In this document: positions 8,951 to 17,617 of the stretch, one piece after another
Layout: each line of letters starts with the position of its first letter
How positions within the stretch are numbered: position 1 is the first letter of the stretch
NCBI GenBank assembly: GCA_011620345.1
Contig: WOZJ01000010.1
Span: 1-40,235, forward strand
Reading direction: 5' to 3'
Length of the DNA: 40,235 nt
From: Nitrospirota bacterium
GTDB lineage: Bacteria; UBA2233
Made by a program: the position numbers and the translations under genes
Notes under the pieces: generated by a model
Told to the model about the DNA's origin: nothing
What the model saw: only the letters and a program-made list of their open reading frames with translations
The model's database searches: none

Positions 8951-9184
8951 TGTCCCCTCCTTTCGTGATTACCCCGTCATAGAGCAATTCTCAACGCTTG
9001 TCAGCATCTTTATAGGCTGTCAAGAGCGACCAATTCTCGTTCATCACGCCCATCTAAAAGCACGCTCTCTTGCGTGGCCACTCCCAAAAGCGCGCCTTCT
9101 TCATTGAGCTCAGTATACTATAAACTATTTTTTCTTATAACCCCCTTCGCGGGGCGCAGGAGGGAATTTGCTGAAAACCCAATG

Positions 9185-9213
9185 TTCCGCTGGTTCTATT
9201 CGCGGTGTATAAT
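9185..9213 (+). promoter_or_regulatory. Candidate sigma70 promoter for the grxD-priA run
   Basis: TATAAT at 9208-9213 with a weak -35 (TTCCGC) 17 nt upstream. Confidence 0.4.
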
Positions 9214-9309
9214 GGCCTTAAACACCGGCGTGGAAATTCCCGTCTCCTTCAATGGATTGAGGGCGCAACAAATAAACATGAGGCAACAGAAAACGATAAG
9301 GAGGCTCAA

Positions 9310-9642
9310 ATGAACCCAGAAGAACAAGCTGCCCTTCAAAAGATTGAAGCATTGGTAGCCAACCATCCAGTCGTCATCTTTATGAAAGGCACGCTAGATG
9401 AGCCGAAGTGCGGGTTTTCGATGACGGCAGCGGAGATATTAAAGAGCCTGGCCGTGCCGATTATGGCCGTTGATGTCCTTGAAGACCCAGAAATTCGAAA
9501 GGCGGCAAAAAAGTACGCCGATTGGCCGACCTTCCCGCAGGTCTTTATCGGCGGGAAGTTTGTAGGCGGGGCAGACATCGTTCAAGAACTTCACTCAAAA
9601 GGAGAGCTTCAACAAATCATGAAGAAGGCTTCTGCATCCTAG
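9310..9642 (+). CDS. grxD: Monothiol glutaredoxin Grx4
   Basis: FMKG...PKCGFS, WPTFPQVF, GGADI; TAAGGAGG RBS before ATG 9310. Confidence 0.95.
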   Translation: MNPEEQAALQKIEALVANHPVVIFMKGTLDEPKCGFSMTAAEILKSLAVPIMAVDVLEDPEIRKAAKKYADWPTFPQVFIGGKFVGGADIVQELHSKGELQQIMKKASAS

Positions 9643-9753
9643 GACAACTCGGCCAAGGAGGCCGCGGCCTTGGACGGATCCGTAGGTCTTGCCCCCACAC
9701 CCCGATAGGGTATGCTAGAAGTTATGAAACAACAGCTTGGGAGCCCTCCGGGG

Positions 9754-10167
9754 ATGATCGGCGTGCTCGTGGTTACCCACGGAAACTTGGGCAAAGAGCT
9801 GGTGGACATCGCTCAGGCCATCGTCGGCGAGATTCCTTTTTTGGAATGGATCGGGGTTTTTCCAGAAGACACGCCAAGCCAAATTGCCGACCAGATCGAC
9901 TCGATTGTTAACCGCTGGAGAAAGGAAGAAATCGAGAGGTTTTTGATTCTCACCGACATGTTTGGAGGCACGCCTTCGAATCTCGCGCTTCCCTACTTGG
10001 GCGAACACTCGGAAGTCGTCAGCGGAACCAACCTTCCCATGCTCATCAAGATTCACCAAAACAGGGACGAACCCTCCCTAAGAAAGCTCGCCAAGCTCGC
10101 CCAAACAGAGGCTCAAAAGAACATCTTTATCGCCTCCGAACTGCTTGGAAAGCGCTCAATGCCTTGA
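9754..10167 (+). CDS. PTS mannose/fructose-family EIIA component
   Basis: MIGVLVVTHG (phospho-His), LTDMFGGTPSN, SGTNLPML; start may be 9724 or 9712. Confidence 0.92.
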   Translation: MIGVLVVTHGNLGKELVDIAQAIVGEIPFLEWIGVFPEDTPSQIADQIDSIVNRWRKEEIERFLILTDMFGGTPSNLALPYLGEHSEVVSGTNLPMLIKIHQNRDEPSLRKLAKLAQTEAQKNIFIASELLGKRSMP

Positions 10168-10203
10168 GCACAAGAAAGCCATCCCCCTAGGAAAACGACG
10201 GAC

Positions 10204-10653
10204 ATGGGCGAACACCCAAAAGCATGCATACGAATCGACAAGCAGCTTCGCTGGTGGCACGAGGACGGGGAGATTCTCCACCCGAGATTGCTTGAGTTCC
10301 TCAAAAGACACCTTCGCTACGAGAGCGATTCTGGCTTCTTTCTTGAAGACAAAGAAGGAAGGGTGGCGGTAGAGGTTGAAGACACGCCTTTTCTTGCCCA
10401 CGACGTCTCGATTCAGGGTTCAAAAATGCTTGTTCGCCTGCCAAACGAAGAGATAAGAGCGCTGGATATGGGGTCTTTGCGAACCGGCGAAAACGGCGGG
10501 CTGTACGCCAAAGTTCTTCCCGAGGGCTACGAGGTGAGGTTTTCGAGGCAAGCGCACGAAAGGCTTTTGCAGCGGCACCTCACACAAAAAAACGGGAAGT
10601 TTTTTTTGAAGCTTGAAGGTGAGCTGCTGCCCATCAGGGCGAACCCATCTTAA
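10204..10653 (+). CDS. DUF1285-like hypothetical protein
   Basis: IRIDK..WWHEDGEI, VAVEVEDTPF pattern; in the operon before priA. Confidence 0.65.
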   Translation: MGEHPKACIRIDKQLRWWHEDGEILHPRLLEFLKRHLRYESDSGFFLEDKEGRVAVEVEDTPFLAHDVSIQGSKMLVRLPNEEIRALDMGSLRTGENGGLYAKVLPEGYEVRFSRQAHERLLQRHLTQKNGKFFLKLEGELLPIRANPS

Positions 10654-10656
10654 CCC

Positions 10657-12696
10657 ATGAGTACACCGGCATTCGCTAGGGTCGCATTGCTCGATGGCCC
10701 CCCGGAGCCGTTGACGTACCTTATTCCAGCCGAATCGGCGGGCCTGATTGCGCCCGGCTGGGCGGTAGAGGCGGAGCTTGGGAGGCGAAGGGCGCTCGGG
10801 CTTGTACTGGAGATTTTGCCCACCCCTGATGTCGACTGCGACATTAAGCCGCTAAAGCCGCTTGGAGACGGCCCGATTCTGCCAGCAAGCCGCCTGCCGT
10901 TCTTGCAATTCCTTGCTTCTTACTATTTTTCTTCGTTGGGGCAGGCCGCATCGCTTTTGCCGTTCCGCTCGTTCGAAACGCTCGCCAAACGCTCAAAGGC
11001 AAAGAAGGCGCCCAAGCTAGAGCCCAAAGCGCCGGCGTATCCGTCGTGGGAGGTCAGGCCAAGACTCACTAGCGAGCAAGAAGCAATTTTTCGGGGAATC
11101 GGCCCCGAAGTTGAATCTGGCGCGTTCCGCGTTCATCTCGTATTTGGCACCACTGGGTCTGGAAAAACCCTTCTTTACCTCTCGCTTGCCGCCTTGGCGC
11201 TCAAAAAAGGCCTTTCTGTGCTGTACCTGCTACCCGAGATCGGGCTTACGGAGGCGTTTACGGAAAAAATACGCTCGCTCATCTCAGGAGACCCGGAGCT
11301 TCTTGTCTGGCACTCTAAGCTCTCCTTGAAAACGAGGCGGGAGGCGATTGAAGGCTTGCTCGGACACGAGACCCCAAGGCTGATCTTAGGCGCAAGGAGC
11401 GCGCTTTTTTTGCCGTTCAAAAAGCTTGGGGTGGTTATCGTGGACGAAGAGCACGATGCATCCTACAAGGAATCGAAAGAGCCCTACTACCACGCAAGGG
11501 ACATGGCCATCTTGTTAGCCAAGCTCGAAGGGTGTCCTGCCGTGCTGGGCTCGGCCACGCCATCGCTTGAAACCCTGCAGAACGTCTTCACAGGGAAATA
11601 CGCAATGCACACGATGCCGACACGCTTTGGTGGCATGCCCCTTCCTAGGATCGAGCTTGTCCACCTAGGCAAAGGCGAAGAAGGGCTGGTCAGCAAAAAC
11701 CCCCCCGTATCGTTGATGGTCGCTGACGCGATGGCCGAAGCGATCAAGGAAGGCCAAAGCGTGCTTGTGTTTGCCAACCGGCGGGGGTATGCAAGGCTCG
11801 TTCTATGCGAGGGCTGCGGAACGATGTCCAAATGCCCCAACTGTAGCCAGTACCTCGTGTACCATAAGGCTCAAGGCTCGCTTTCTTGCCACATCTGCGG
11901 GTTCCACCTTGCGTTTCCGAAGGCTTGCGCGGTCTGCGCCGCCAAAAAGTTCAAGCTGATCGGGTTTGGAACGGAGCGGCTAGAACAGTCTTTGGCCGAG
12001 CTCTTCTTTGAAGCGAACATCGTCCGTTTTGATAGGGATACGCTAAACAGCGTGCACCACATAAGAGAGCGGCTAACCGACCTCCAAGACCAAGGCGGCG
12101 CCATCCTCGTGGGCACCCAGCTGATCTCCAAGGGCTACCATATGCCAAAGGTTTCGCTCGCAGTCATCCTGCTTGCTGAAAATATGTTTTGTTTTCCAGA
12201 TTTTAGGGCACTTGAGCGTGGCGTTCAGCTCGTTGCGCAAATTGGAGGGCGTTCAGGAAGGGGCGATGCGCCGGGCAGGATTCTCGTCCAAACCTTCATG
12301 GAAAGCGACATCCTAAAGAGCGTCCTTGGAGAGCAGAACTACAGCGCCTTTGTAGAAACAGAGCTCAAGGCGCGCAAACGGCTTAGGCTTCCTCCTTTTT
12401 GGAAGCTTGCGCTGATTCGGCTCGAATGCTTGAAGCGGGACACCCTTGAGGCCGCGGCCGTTTCTTTTCAGGCCTCTATCAAGGAAGAAGCTAGGAGGAT
12501 TCACGCCAACGCGTTCGTCCTGCCCGCCGAACCCGCGCCCATCGAACAAAAAAGGGCAAAGTTCGAGTACCACATCCTTATCAAGGCCAAGAACCAGGCG
12601 ATCCTGCGGGAGGTCCTTCTTCCATTCAAGCAAAGGCTTGGTTTGAGCGGAGGGGTTCGTATCGCCGTTGATATAGACCCTGTTGATATGTTATAG
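10657..12696 (+). CDS. priA: Primosomal protein N' helicase
   Basis: GTTGSGKT, LLPEIGLT, GARSALF, DEEHD, four CxxC pairs, GTERL, QIGGRSGR, DIDP terminus. Confidence 0.96.
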   Translation: MSTPAFARVALLDGPPEPLTYLIPAESAGLIAPGWAVEAELGRRRALGLVLEILPTPDVDCDIKPLKPLGDGPILPASRLPFLQFLASYYFSSLGQAASLLPFRSFETLAKRSKAKKAPKLEPKAPAYPSWEVRPRLTSEQEAIFRGIGPEVESGAFRVHLVFGTTGSGKTLLYLSLAALALKKGLSVLYLLPEIGLTEAFTEKIRSLISGDPELLVWHSKLSLKTRREAIEGLLGHETPRLILGARSALFLPFKKLGVVIVDEEHDASYKESKEPYYHARDMAILLAKLEGCPAVLGSATPSLETLQNVFTGKYAMHTMPTRFGGMPLPRIELVHLGKGEEGLVSKNPPVSLMVADAMAEAIKEGQSVLVFANRRGYARLVLCEGCGTMSKCPNCSQYLVYHKAQGSLSCHICGFHLAFPKACAVCAAKKFKLIGFGTERLEQSLAELFFEANIVRFDRDTLNSVHHIRERLTDLQDQGGAILVGTQLISKGYHMPKVSLAVILLAENMFCFPDFRALERGVQLVAQIGGRSGRGDAPGRILVQTFMESDILKSVLGEQNYSAFVETELKARKRLRLPPFWKLALIRLECLKRDTLEAAAVSFQASIKEEARRIHANAFVLPAEPAPIEQKRAKFEYHILIKAKNQAILREVLLPFKQRLGLSGGVRIAVDIDPVDML

Positions 12697-12705
12697 TATG
12701 TTATA
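12687..12705. repeat. Tandem 9-bp direct repeat TATGTTATA at the priA stop / def upstream region
   Basis: TATGTTATA at 12687-12695 and 12697-12705 (period 10). Confidence 0.6.
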
Positions 12706-12743
12706 AAATCTTTTGAAGATATATACGAAAAGGGTCTTTGGTC

Positions 12744-13283
12744 ATGGGAATCCGGCCTATCGTGAAATACCCAAGCCCCGTACTCAGAGAAAAAGCGCGT
12801 GAAGTCGAAGGCTTCACGCCCGAGGTGCAAGGCCTGCTTAAAGATATGCTCGAAACAATGGAAGCGGCAAAAGGCGTAGGGCTTGCCGCCAACCAGGTAG
12901 GCGTCCCCTTGCGCGTGTTCGTTTTCGACCCGCGCGTTCAGGAGGGCTCGCCGCTGAAAGCGCCCATGGGAATCGTAAACCCAAAGATTCTTGAGGCTTC
13001 GGGAACCATCCTTTGGGAAGAAGGCTGCCTTTCTTTTCCCGACATGGAGCTTAAAATTGCCCGCTCCGAGCGCATCGTTTTGGACGGGCTAGCCCAAGAC
13101 GGGCAGCCCTTGGGGGGAATCGAGCTCGATGGGCTCCTTGCCGTATGCGTCCAGCACGAGATGGATCACTTAGACGGGGTCCTTTTTATTGACCATGCAA
13201 GCAAGCTCAAGAAAGAAATTGCGCTAAAGCGCTATTTGAGCCGGGGCCCAAAAGAGCACGACCACGCCAAAGCGCATTTTTAG
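12744..13283 (+). CDS. def: Peptide deformylase
   Basis: GVGLAANQVG, EGCLS, QHEMDHLDG. Confidence 0.97.
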   Translation: MGIRPIVKYPSPVLREKAREVEGFTPEVQGLLKDMLETMEAAKGVGLAANQVGVPLRVFVFDPRVQEGSPLKAPMGIVNPKILEASGTILWEEGCLSFPDMELKIARSERIVLDGLAQDGQPLGGIELDGLLAVCVQHEMDHLDGVLFIDHASKLKKEIALKRYLSRGPKEHDHAKAHF

Positions 13284-13304
13284 GCTTATCAATCCGTCAT
13301 TACC

Positions 13305-14252
13305 GTGCGCGTCGCATTTTTTGGAACACCAGAGCCGGCAGCCAGGCTGCTCGATGCCCTGCTAAGGGGGGGCTATGAGGTCGCCCCGGTGGTAACGGCC
13401 GAGGACAAGCCAAAGGGTAGAGGCCTTCAGCTAGAACAAAGCCCGGTCAAGCGTCTTGCGCTGAAAAATGGCCTCACTGTTTTTACACCCAAGAGCTTGA
13501 AAGAGTCCTCTTTCGTCGAAGCCTTTAACAGGTTCCGCGCCGATGTCGCGGTTGTTTGCGCCTATGGCCGCTTGATTCCGAAACCCATGCTCGCGGCCGT
13601 CCCCAAAGGCTTCGTAAACGTTCACTACTCGCTCCTTCCTAAGTATCGTGGGGCATCGTGTGTGCCGTATGCGATCTTGTTTGGAGAAAAAACATCGGGA
13701 GTTAGCATGATTTTGCTCGATGAAGGGCTGGATACGGGCCCCATCCTAGAGCAATACACCCTAGAGGTTGAACCGCAAGATACGGCGGGCACTCTCATGG
13801 AGAAGCTTACAAGACTCGCGGAGGCGCGGCTAACCCCTGCCCTGCAAAACTACCTTGAAGGAAAAACGAGCCCCAAGCCTCAAGAGGGAGCAGCGAGCTA
13901 CTGCCCGCTGCTCAAAAAAGAGGATGCCGCGCTCGATTTCCGGCTTGAACCCGAAGTTTTGGTCAATTTTACCCGAGCGATGCACCCATGGCCCAAGGCC
14001 TACTGTTTTTGGAAAAACGAGCGAATCGTCGTGCACCGAGCGAGGGCAGAAACCATGAAAGACCCCTCCCTTCTTTCGGCCCCGACAGGAACGGCCGTAA
14101 AAACGGGCGAAATGCTCGGAATCGTAGCCAAGGGGGGACTGTTTGTCCCAGAACTGCTCCAGCGGGAGGGTCGGAAGGTCGTGGACAACGCGGCGTTCTT
14201 AAGGGGGTTTCCCGAGATCATAGGCGCACCCTTCACGGGGACAACGCCATGA
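13305..14252 (+). CDS. fmt: Methionyl-tRNA formyltransferase
   Basis: FFGTPE, AYG, NVHYSLLPKYRGA, LDTGP; follows def. Confidence 0.96.
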   Translation: MRVAFFGTPEPAARLLDALLRGGYEVAPVVTAEDKPKGRGLQLEQSPVKRLALKNGLTVFTPKSLKESSFVEAFNRFRADVAVVCAYGRLIPKPMLAAVPKGFVNVHYSLLPKYRGASCVPYAILFGEKTSGVSMILLDEGLDTGPILEQYTLEVEPQDTAGTLMEKLTRLAEARLTPALQNYLEGKTSPKPQEGAASYCPLLKKEDAALDFRLEPEVLVNFTRAMHPWPKAYCFWKNERIVVHRARAETMKDPSLLSAPTGTAVKTGEMLGIVAKGGLFVPELLQREGRKVVDNAAFLRGFPEIIGAPFTGTTP

Positions 14253-14938
14253 CGCTATTTCCTGCGCTTAGCGTCTCGATTCTCGATGCAGACCTTTTGT
14301 CGCTCAAAGACTCGCTTTCAGTGCTCGAGAAAAGCCGAGCCGTGGGGTCTATCCACTTAGACGTCATGGACGGCCATTTTGTGCCCAACTTGACGCTTGG
14401 CCCCAAGGTCGCAAAAGACCTAAAGGCCCACACCTCGCTGCCCATCAGGGCGCATTTGATGGTCAGCAACCCCGATCACCTTTTGGAGCCGTTTGCTCAA
14501 GCCGGGGTGTCCGCCATAAGCGTGCACCAGGAGGCATGCCCTCACCTGCACAGGACGCTTTCGGCCATTCATGCACTCGGGCTTAAGGCGGGCGTCGCCT
14601 TAAACCCCGCTACGCCCGTTTGCACGCTCGAAGAGGTCCTTCCCATCGCAGATTTCGTGCTTATCATGAGCGTGAACCCGGGGTTCGGGGGGCAAGGGTT
14701 TATCCCTGAGATGCTAGAGAAAATTCAAAAGCTCAAAAGCCTCCTCCAAGGAACGCCAAGGCCCATCCGGGTTGCCGTTGACGGCGGAATCAAGGCCACA
14801 AACTCCGCGGACGTCCTCAAGGCGGGGGCCGATACGCTGATCGTGGGGTCTAGCCTGTTCGCTGAGAGCCTCCCGCTCGCCGGTGCCCTTGAAACCTTCG
14901 AGGAAGTTTTTCACAGGATCGGGAACCGCGAGCCCTGA
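14249..14938 (+). CDS. rpe: Ribulose-phosphate 3-epimerase
   Basis: HLDVMDGHFVPNLTLG, MSVNPGFGGQ, VDGG; ATGA overlap with fmt. Confidence 0.96.
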   Translation: MTLFPALSVSILDADLLSLKDSLSVLEKSRAVGSIHLDVMDGHFVPNLTLGPKVAKDLKAHTSLPIRAHLMVSNPDHLLEPFAQAGVSAISVHQEACPHLHRTLSAIHALGLKAGVALNPATPVCTLEEVLPIADFVLIMSVNPGFGGQGFIPEMLEKIQKLKSLLQGTPRPIRVAVDGGIKATNSADVLKAGADTLIVGSSLFAESLPLAGALETFEEVFHRIGNREP

Positions 14939-14952
14939 ATACGGGTTTGTGC

Positions 14953-14991
14953 AACCTGACGGGTTTTAGCCTACTGTACGTGCAGGTTTTT
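14953..14991 (+). terminator. Possible terminator or attenuator hairpin between rpe and moaA
   Basis: AACCTG-ACG pairs with CGT-G-CAGGTT, followed by a T run; the loop is large. Confidence 0.35.
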
Positions 14992-15016
14992 CCATTATTG
15001 GCTGAGCAAAGAGGGT

Positions 15017-16036
15017 TTGATGCTGCAAGATCGCCTAGGGCGCGAACTAAGGGACTTGCGAATCTCAGTAACGGACCGGTGTAACTTCCGGTGCGTCTAC
15101 TGCATTCCAGAAAAAAGCTATGTCGGACTGGACCGCTCGGAAATCTTAAGGTTGGAGGAGATCGAAAGGCTTGGCAAGATATTCTTAAGGCTTGGCGTCC
15201 GAGACGTTAAGCTAACCGGCGGGGAACCCCTCGTGAGGAAGGGGGTCGAAAGGCTCATAGCCCGTTTGTGCGTCATTCAAGGGCTTGAGGACTTGAGCCT
15301 TACGACAAACGGGTCGTTGCTCAAAGACCACGCAAAACCGCTGTTCAAAGCCGGCCTTAGAAGGCTCAACATAAGCCTCGATACGCTGGACAATGAAAGG
15401 TTTCGGGCTATTACAGCCAGGGGATCGCTTGAATCCGTGCTCGATGGCATCTTTGCGGCCAAAGCGGCCGGTTTCTCGCCCATTAAGCTGAACGCGGTGA
15501 TTCGGAAGGACTTCAACGCCGATCAAATCGCCCCGATTGCCCGCTTCGGGCAACAACATGGGCTCGAGGTCCGCTTCATCGAGTTCATGGACACGGGCAA
15601 CGGAAACGGCTGGGACCCATCCAAGCTGCTGGAAAAGCACCAAATCCTCGAGATTCTCGCTTCGGCAGGGTTTTCTTTGGTTTCTAAGGGCAGGCAGAAT
15701 ACGAATACCCCAGCGGTCTCTTTTGAAACCTTAGACGGCTCGCTAAAGCTTGGGATAATCGCATCGGTGAGCGAACCCTTTTGTCGAGTGTGCACGCGGG
15801 CTAGGCTGACGGCCGACGGCAAGCTCGTCACGTGCCTGTTCGCGAGCAAGGGGTTCGATTTAAAGAGTGTTCTTCGCTCGGGAGCTAGCGACAGGGATGT
15901 TTCGGCGGCCATTTCCAGGGTGTGGGAAGGACGTACCGATCGGTATTCCGAAGAACGGCTCGAAAGGCTTCGGTCGGGAGAAAGCCTTTTTGGCCCTAAA
16001 GAACATAAGCTCGAGATGGTTCGTCTGGGGGGTTAG
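15017..16036 (+). CDS. moaA: GTP 3',8-cyclase (radical SAM)
   Basis: LRISVTDRCNFRCVYC, LTGGEP, PFCRVCTRARLTADG..TCLF, C-terminal GG. Confidence 0.96.
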   Translation: MMLQDRLGRELRDLRISVTDRCNFRCVYCIPEKSYVGLDRSEILRLEEIERLGKIFLRLGVRDVKLTGGEPLVRKGVERLIARLCVIQGLEDLSLTTNGSLLKDHAKPLFKAGLRRLNISLDTLDNERFRAITARGSLESVLDGIFAAKAAGFSPIKLNAVIRKDFNADQIAPIARFGQQHGLEVRFIEFMDTGNGNGWDPSKLLEKHQILEILASAGFSLVSKGRQNTNTPAVSFETLDGSLKLGIIASVSEPFCRVCTRARLTADGKLVTCLFASKGFDLKSVLRSGASDRDVSAAISRVWEGRTDRYSEERLERLRSGESLFGPKEHKLEMVRLGG

Positions 16037-16827
16037 GGCCTTAATCCCTCTTCTTCTTGCTTTGGCCTATTTTTCAAGAACAGCATTTTTAAGCCCTTCA
16101 ACGTAAGCAGCTCGTCGACCTGCTCGATCATTTTGGTGTGAGAAGCGATCAGCTGGGCAAACCCCCCCGTGGCGATGACTGGGCATGGGGCACCCAGTTC
16201 TTTAAATATCCGCACAAGCATGCCTTCAACCATCGAAGCGTAGCCGTACACAAGCCCCGACTGTATGTGCTCGATCGTATTCTTCCCGATGACCCGCCCC
16301 GCCTTTTCGAGCTCTACCCTTGGAAGCTTGGATGTCCGCTTAAAGAGGGCTTCGGCCGAGATACCTATGCCCGGGGCGATGACGCCGCCTAGATACTCTC
16401 CCCGTTCTGAGATGACGTCGAACGTCGTGGCCGTGCCGAAATCGACGACAATACAGGCCCGATGGAACCTTTCGTAGGCCGCGACGGCGTTGACGATCCT
16501 GTCCGCCCCAACCTCTTTTGGGTTGTCAACAAGCAATGCCATGCCCGTCTTCACGCCGCTTTCCACGAACAACGGCTTCAGGCCAAAGCGAACAAGGCAC
16601 ATCTCACGAAACGTGTCAGTGAGCGTCGGAACGACGCTAGAGACAATCGCCCCGTCTATCCTGCTTGGGATAACCCCGGCCATCCGAAAAAGCGCGTCTA
16701 GATAGACCCAGTATTCGTCCTGCGTCCGCCTAGCATCGCTCTTGAGCCTCCAGTGAAAGACAAGCTCGTCACCCAAGAAAATGCCCAAAAGGGCGTTCGT
16801 ATTGCCGATATCAACTGTGAGAAGCAT
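16033..16827 (-). CDS. coaX: Type III pantothenate kinase
   Basis: MLLTVDIGNTN, SSVVP, GADR, VDFGTATT, GGVIAPG, ATGG. Confidence 0.96.
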   Translation of the reverse strand: MLLTVDIGNTNALLGIFLGDELVFHWRLKSDARRTQDEYWVYLDALFRMAGVIPSRIDGAIVSSVVPTLTDTFREMCLVRFGLKPLFVESGVKTGMALLVDNPKEVGADRIVNAVAAYERFHRACIVVDFGTATTFDVISERGEYLGGVIAPGIGISAEALFKRTSKLPRVELEKAGRVIGKNTIEHIQSGLVYGYASMVEGMLVRIFKELGAPCPVIATGGFAQLIASHTKMIEQVDELLTLKGLKMLFLKNRPKQEEEGLRP

Positions 16828-17617
16828 CTTGCCGCTCCGGTGTAGTTTTTGCGATGTCGCCGACGTCCCGTGCCACGAGAACGCTTCCATCTTCCATTTC
16901 GAGGCAAAGCCCCCCGGACTGCTCGAGGCCAATAGCCCTCGCCCGCTGGCCGGAGACCACAAACGCGAACTTCGATGTCTGCCCGCAGGCTGCCTGCCAG
17001 TAGGCCTCGAGAAACGCCCCGTCGCCCTCTCGCTCGATGAAGCCCCAGAGGCTTACAAGCTCGTGAAGGAACGCCTTGAGGACCGCCTGCTTCGAAAACG
17101 TCCTGTCCGTCGCGAGCCAGAGCGATGTCGCCACGGGACGAAGGTCTTCCGGGAAATCCTCCAGCGCCTGATTTAGGTTAAGCCCAACCCCGACAACGGC
17201 CATCTCGAGCTCGCTCGCCTGCGTCTTGGTGTCTACCAGCACCCCGGCAAGTTTTTTTCCGTCTAAGTAGAGGTCGTTGGGCCAAACGGGGGAAACTCCC
17301 TCCACCCCGAAGGATCGGACCGCCGAAGAAAGGGCCAAAGCCGTCCAGAACGGTATCAAGAACGCCCTGCAGGCATAGAACGGATGTTTGAACAAAAGGC
17401 TCATCCACAGCCCTTTTGGGCTTGCAGAGGCCCATTTCCTGCCCTTTCTTCCCATCCCTGAGGCTTGAACATCGGCAACAACGACGCTGCCAGAGGGCAA
17501 CGAGCGTGCCCTCGAAAGCAGGAAGGCCTGCGTAGAGGGTAGCTGGTCTTTCCATTCCACCCGAAACTCGGGGCACCAAAAAAAAGAGGGGGCCTTAAGA
17601 ACGAAGACCGCTGTCAT
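16811..17617 (-). CDS. birA: Biotin-protein ligase without N-terminal HTH
   Basis: STQ, QASGMGRKGRKW, WPNDL, KKLAGVL, GVGLN. Confidence 0.92.
   Translation of the reverse strand: MTAVFVLKAPSFFWCPEFRVEWKDQLPSTQAFLLSRARSLPSGSVVVADVQASGMGRKGRKWASASPKGLWMSLLFKHPFYACRAFLIPFWTALALSSAVRSFGVEGVSPVWPNDLYLDGKKLAGVLVDTKTQASELEMAVVGVGLNLNQALEDFPEDLRPVATSLWLATDRTFSKQAVLKAFLHELVSLWGFIEREGDGAFLEAYWQAACGQTSKFAFVVSGQRARAIGLEQSGGLCLEMEDGSVLVARDVGDIAKTTPERQDASHS

Noticed and set aside
9205-9309. N-terminal extension of grxD, or a hidden bolA
   Set aside because: Strong RBS before 9310; the extension has no BolA motifs and overlaps the -10 element
14939-15016. Moco riboswitch upstream of moaA
   Set aside because: Region is too short and lacks the consensus elements
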